In this document: positions 63,643 through 64,000 of the stretch, in pieces
How the letters are laid out: every line of letters begins with the position of its first letter
Position numbering within the stretch: position 1 is the first letter of the stretch
NCBI GenBank assembly: GCA_030390025.1
Contig: JASTWF010000336.1
Span: 248,001 to 312,000 of the forward strand
Direction: 5' to 3'
Length of the DNA: 64,000 bases
Source: Squalus acanthias
Lineage: Eukaryota
Notes under the pieces: generated by a model
Told to the model about the DNA's origin: nothing
The model's database searches: none
What the model saw: only the letters and a program-made list of their open reading frames with translations
Made by a program: the position numbers and the translations under genes

Positions 63643-64000
63643 ACATAGAAACATAGAAGATAGGAACAGGAGTAGGCCATTCGGCCCCTCGAGCCTGTTC
63701 TGCCATTTAATGAGATCATGGCTGATCATCCAAATTCAGTACCCTGTCCCTGCTTTCTCCCCATATCCCTTGATCCCTTTAGCCTTAAGAAATGTATCTA
63801 ACTCCTTCTTGAATATATTTAATGAATTGGCCTCAACTGCCTTCTGTGGGAGAGAATTCCACAGGTTCACCACTCTCTGGGTGAAGAAATTCCCCCTCAT
63901 CTCAGTCCTGAATGGCTTACCCCTTATCCTTAGACTGTGACCCCTGGTTCTGTACTCCCCCGCCATCGGCAACATCCTTCCTGCATCTAGTCTGTCTGGT
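63643..64000 (-). mobile_element. CR1 3' end
   Basis: Tail AACATAGAAACATAG and FFTQRVVNLWNSLP. Confidence 0.85.

Overview
Vertebrate genomic DNA, probably from a cartilaginous fish (inferred from the repeat families present). Bases 1-34.0 kb are a nested array of two closely related, young Tx1-clade (L1 group) non-LTR retrotransposon families. Each has ORF1 with a CCHC knuckle and ORF2 with APE endonuclease, RT and a C-terminal cysteine motif. Family B (minus strand, about 7.1 kb) is stacked in tandem at one site inside the terminal repeat of a Penelope-like element. Every visible B boundary is the same 46-bp piece of that repeat, which begins inside the predicted hammerhead ribozyme core. 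Family A (plus strand, about 7.76 kb) sits antisense in a (CA)nCCCC site in the 5' UTR of family B, and its own homologous site is interrupted. Together this looks like a three-tier targeting chain: Penelope, then Tx1-B, then Tx1-A. Bases 34-49.6 kb are a decaying replication-dependent histone cluster. It holds an intact H4 and H2A, an H4 variant, pseudogenised or disrupted H2A, H2B and H3 copies, a tRNA-Gly(TCC) gene, a DeuSINE and CR1 LINEs. Bases 49.8-61.3 kb are a degenerate 41/46-bp satellite with a higher-order duplication and a TSD-flanked, internally inverted Penelope element carrying two hammerhead motifs. All calls were made by eye; no searches were run.
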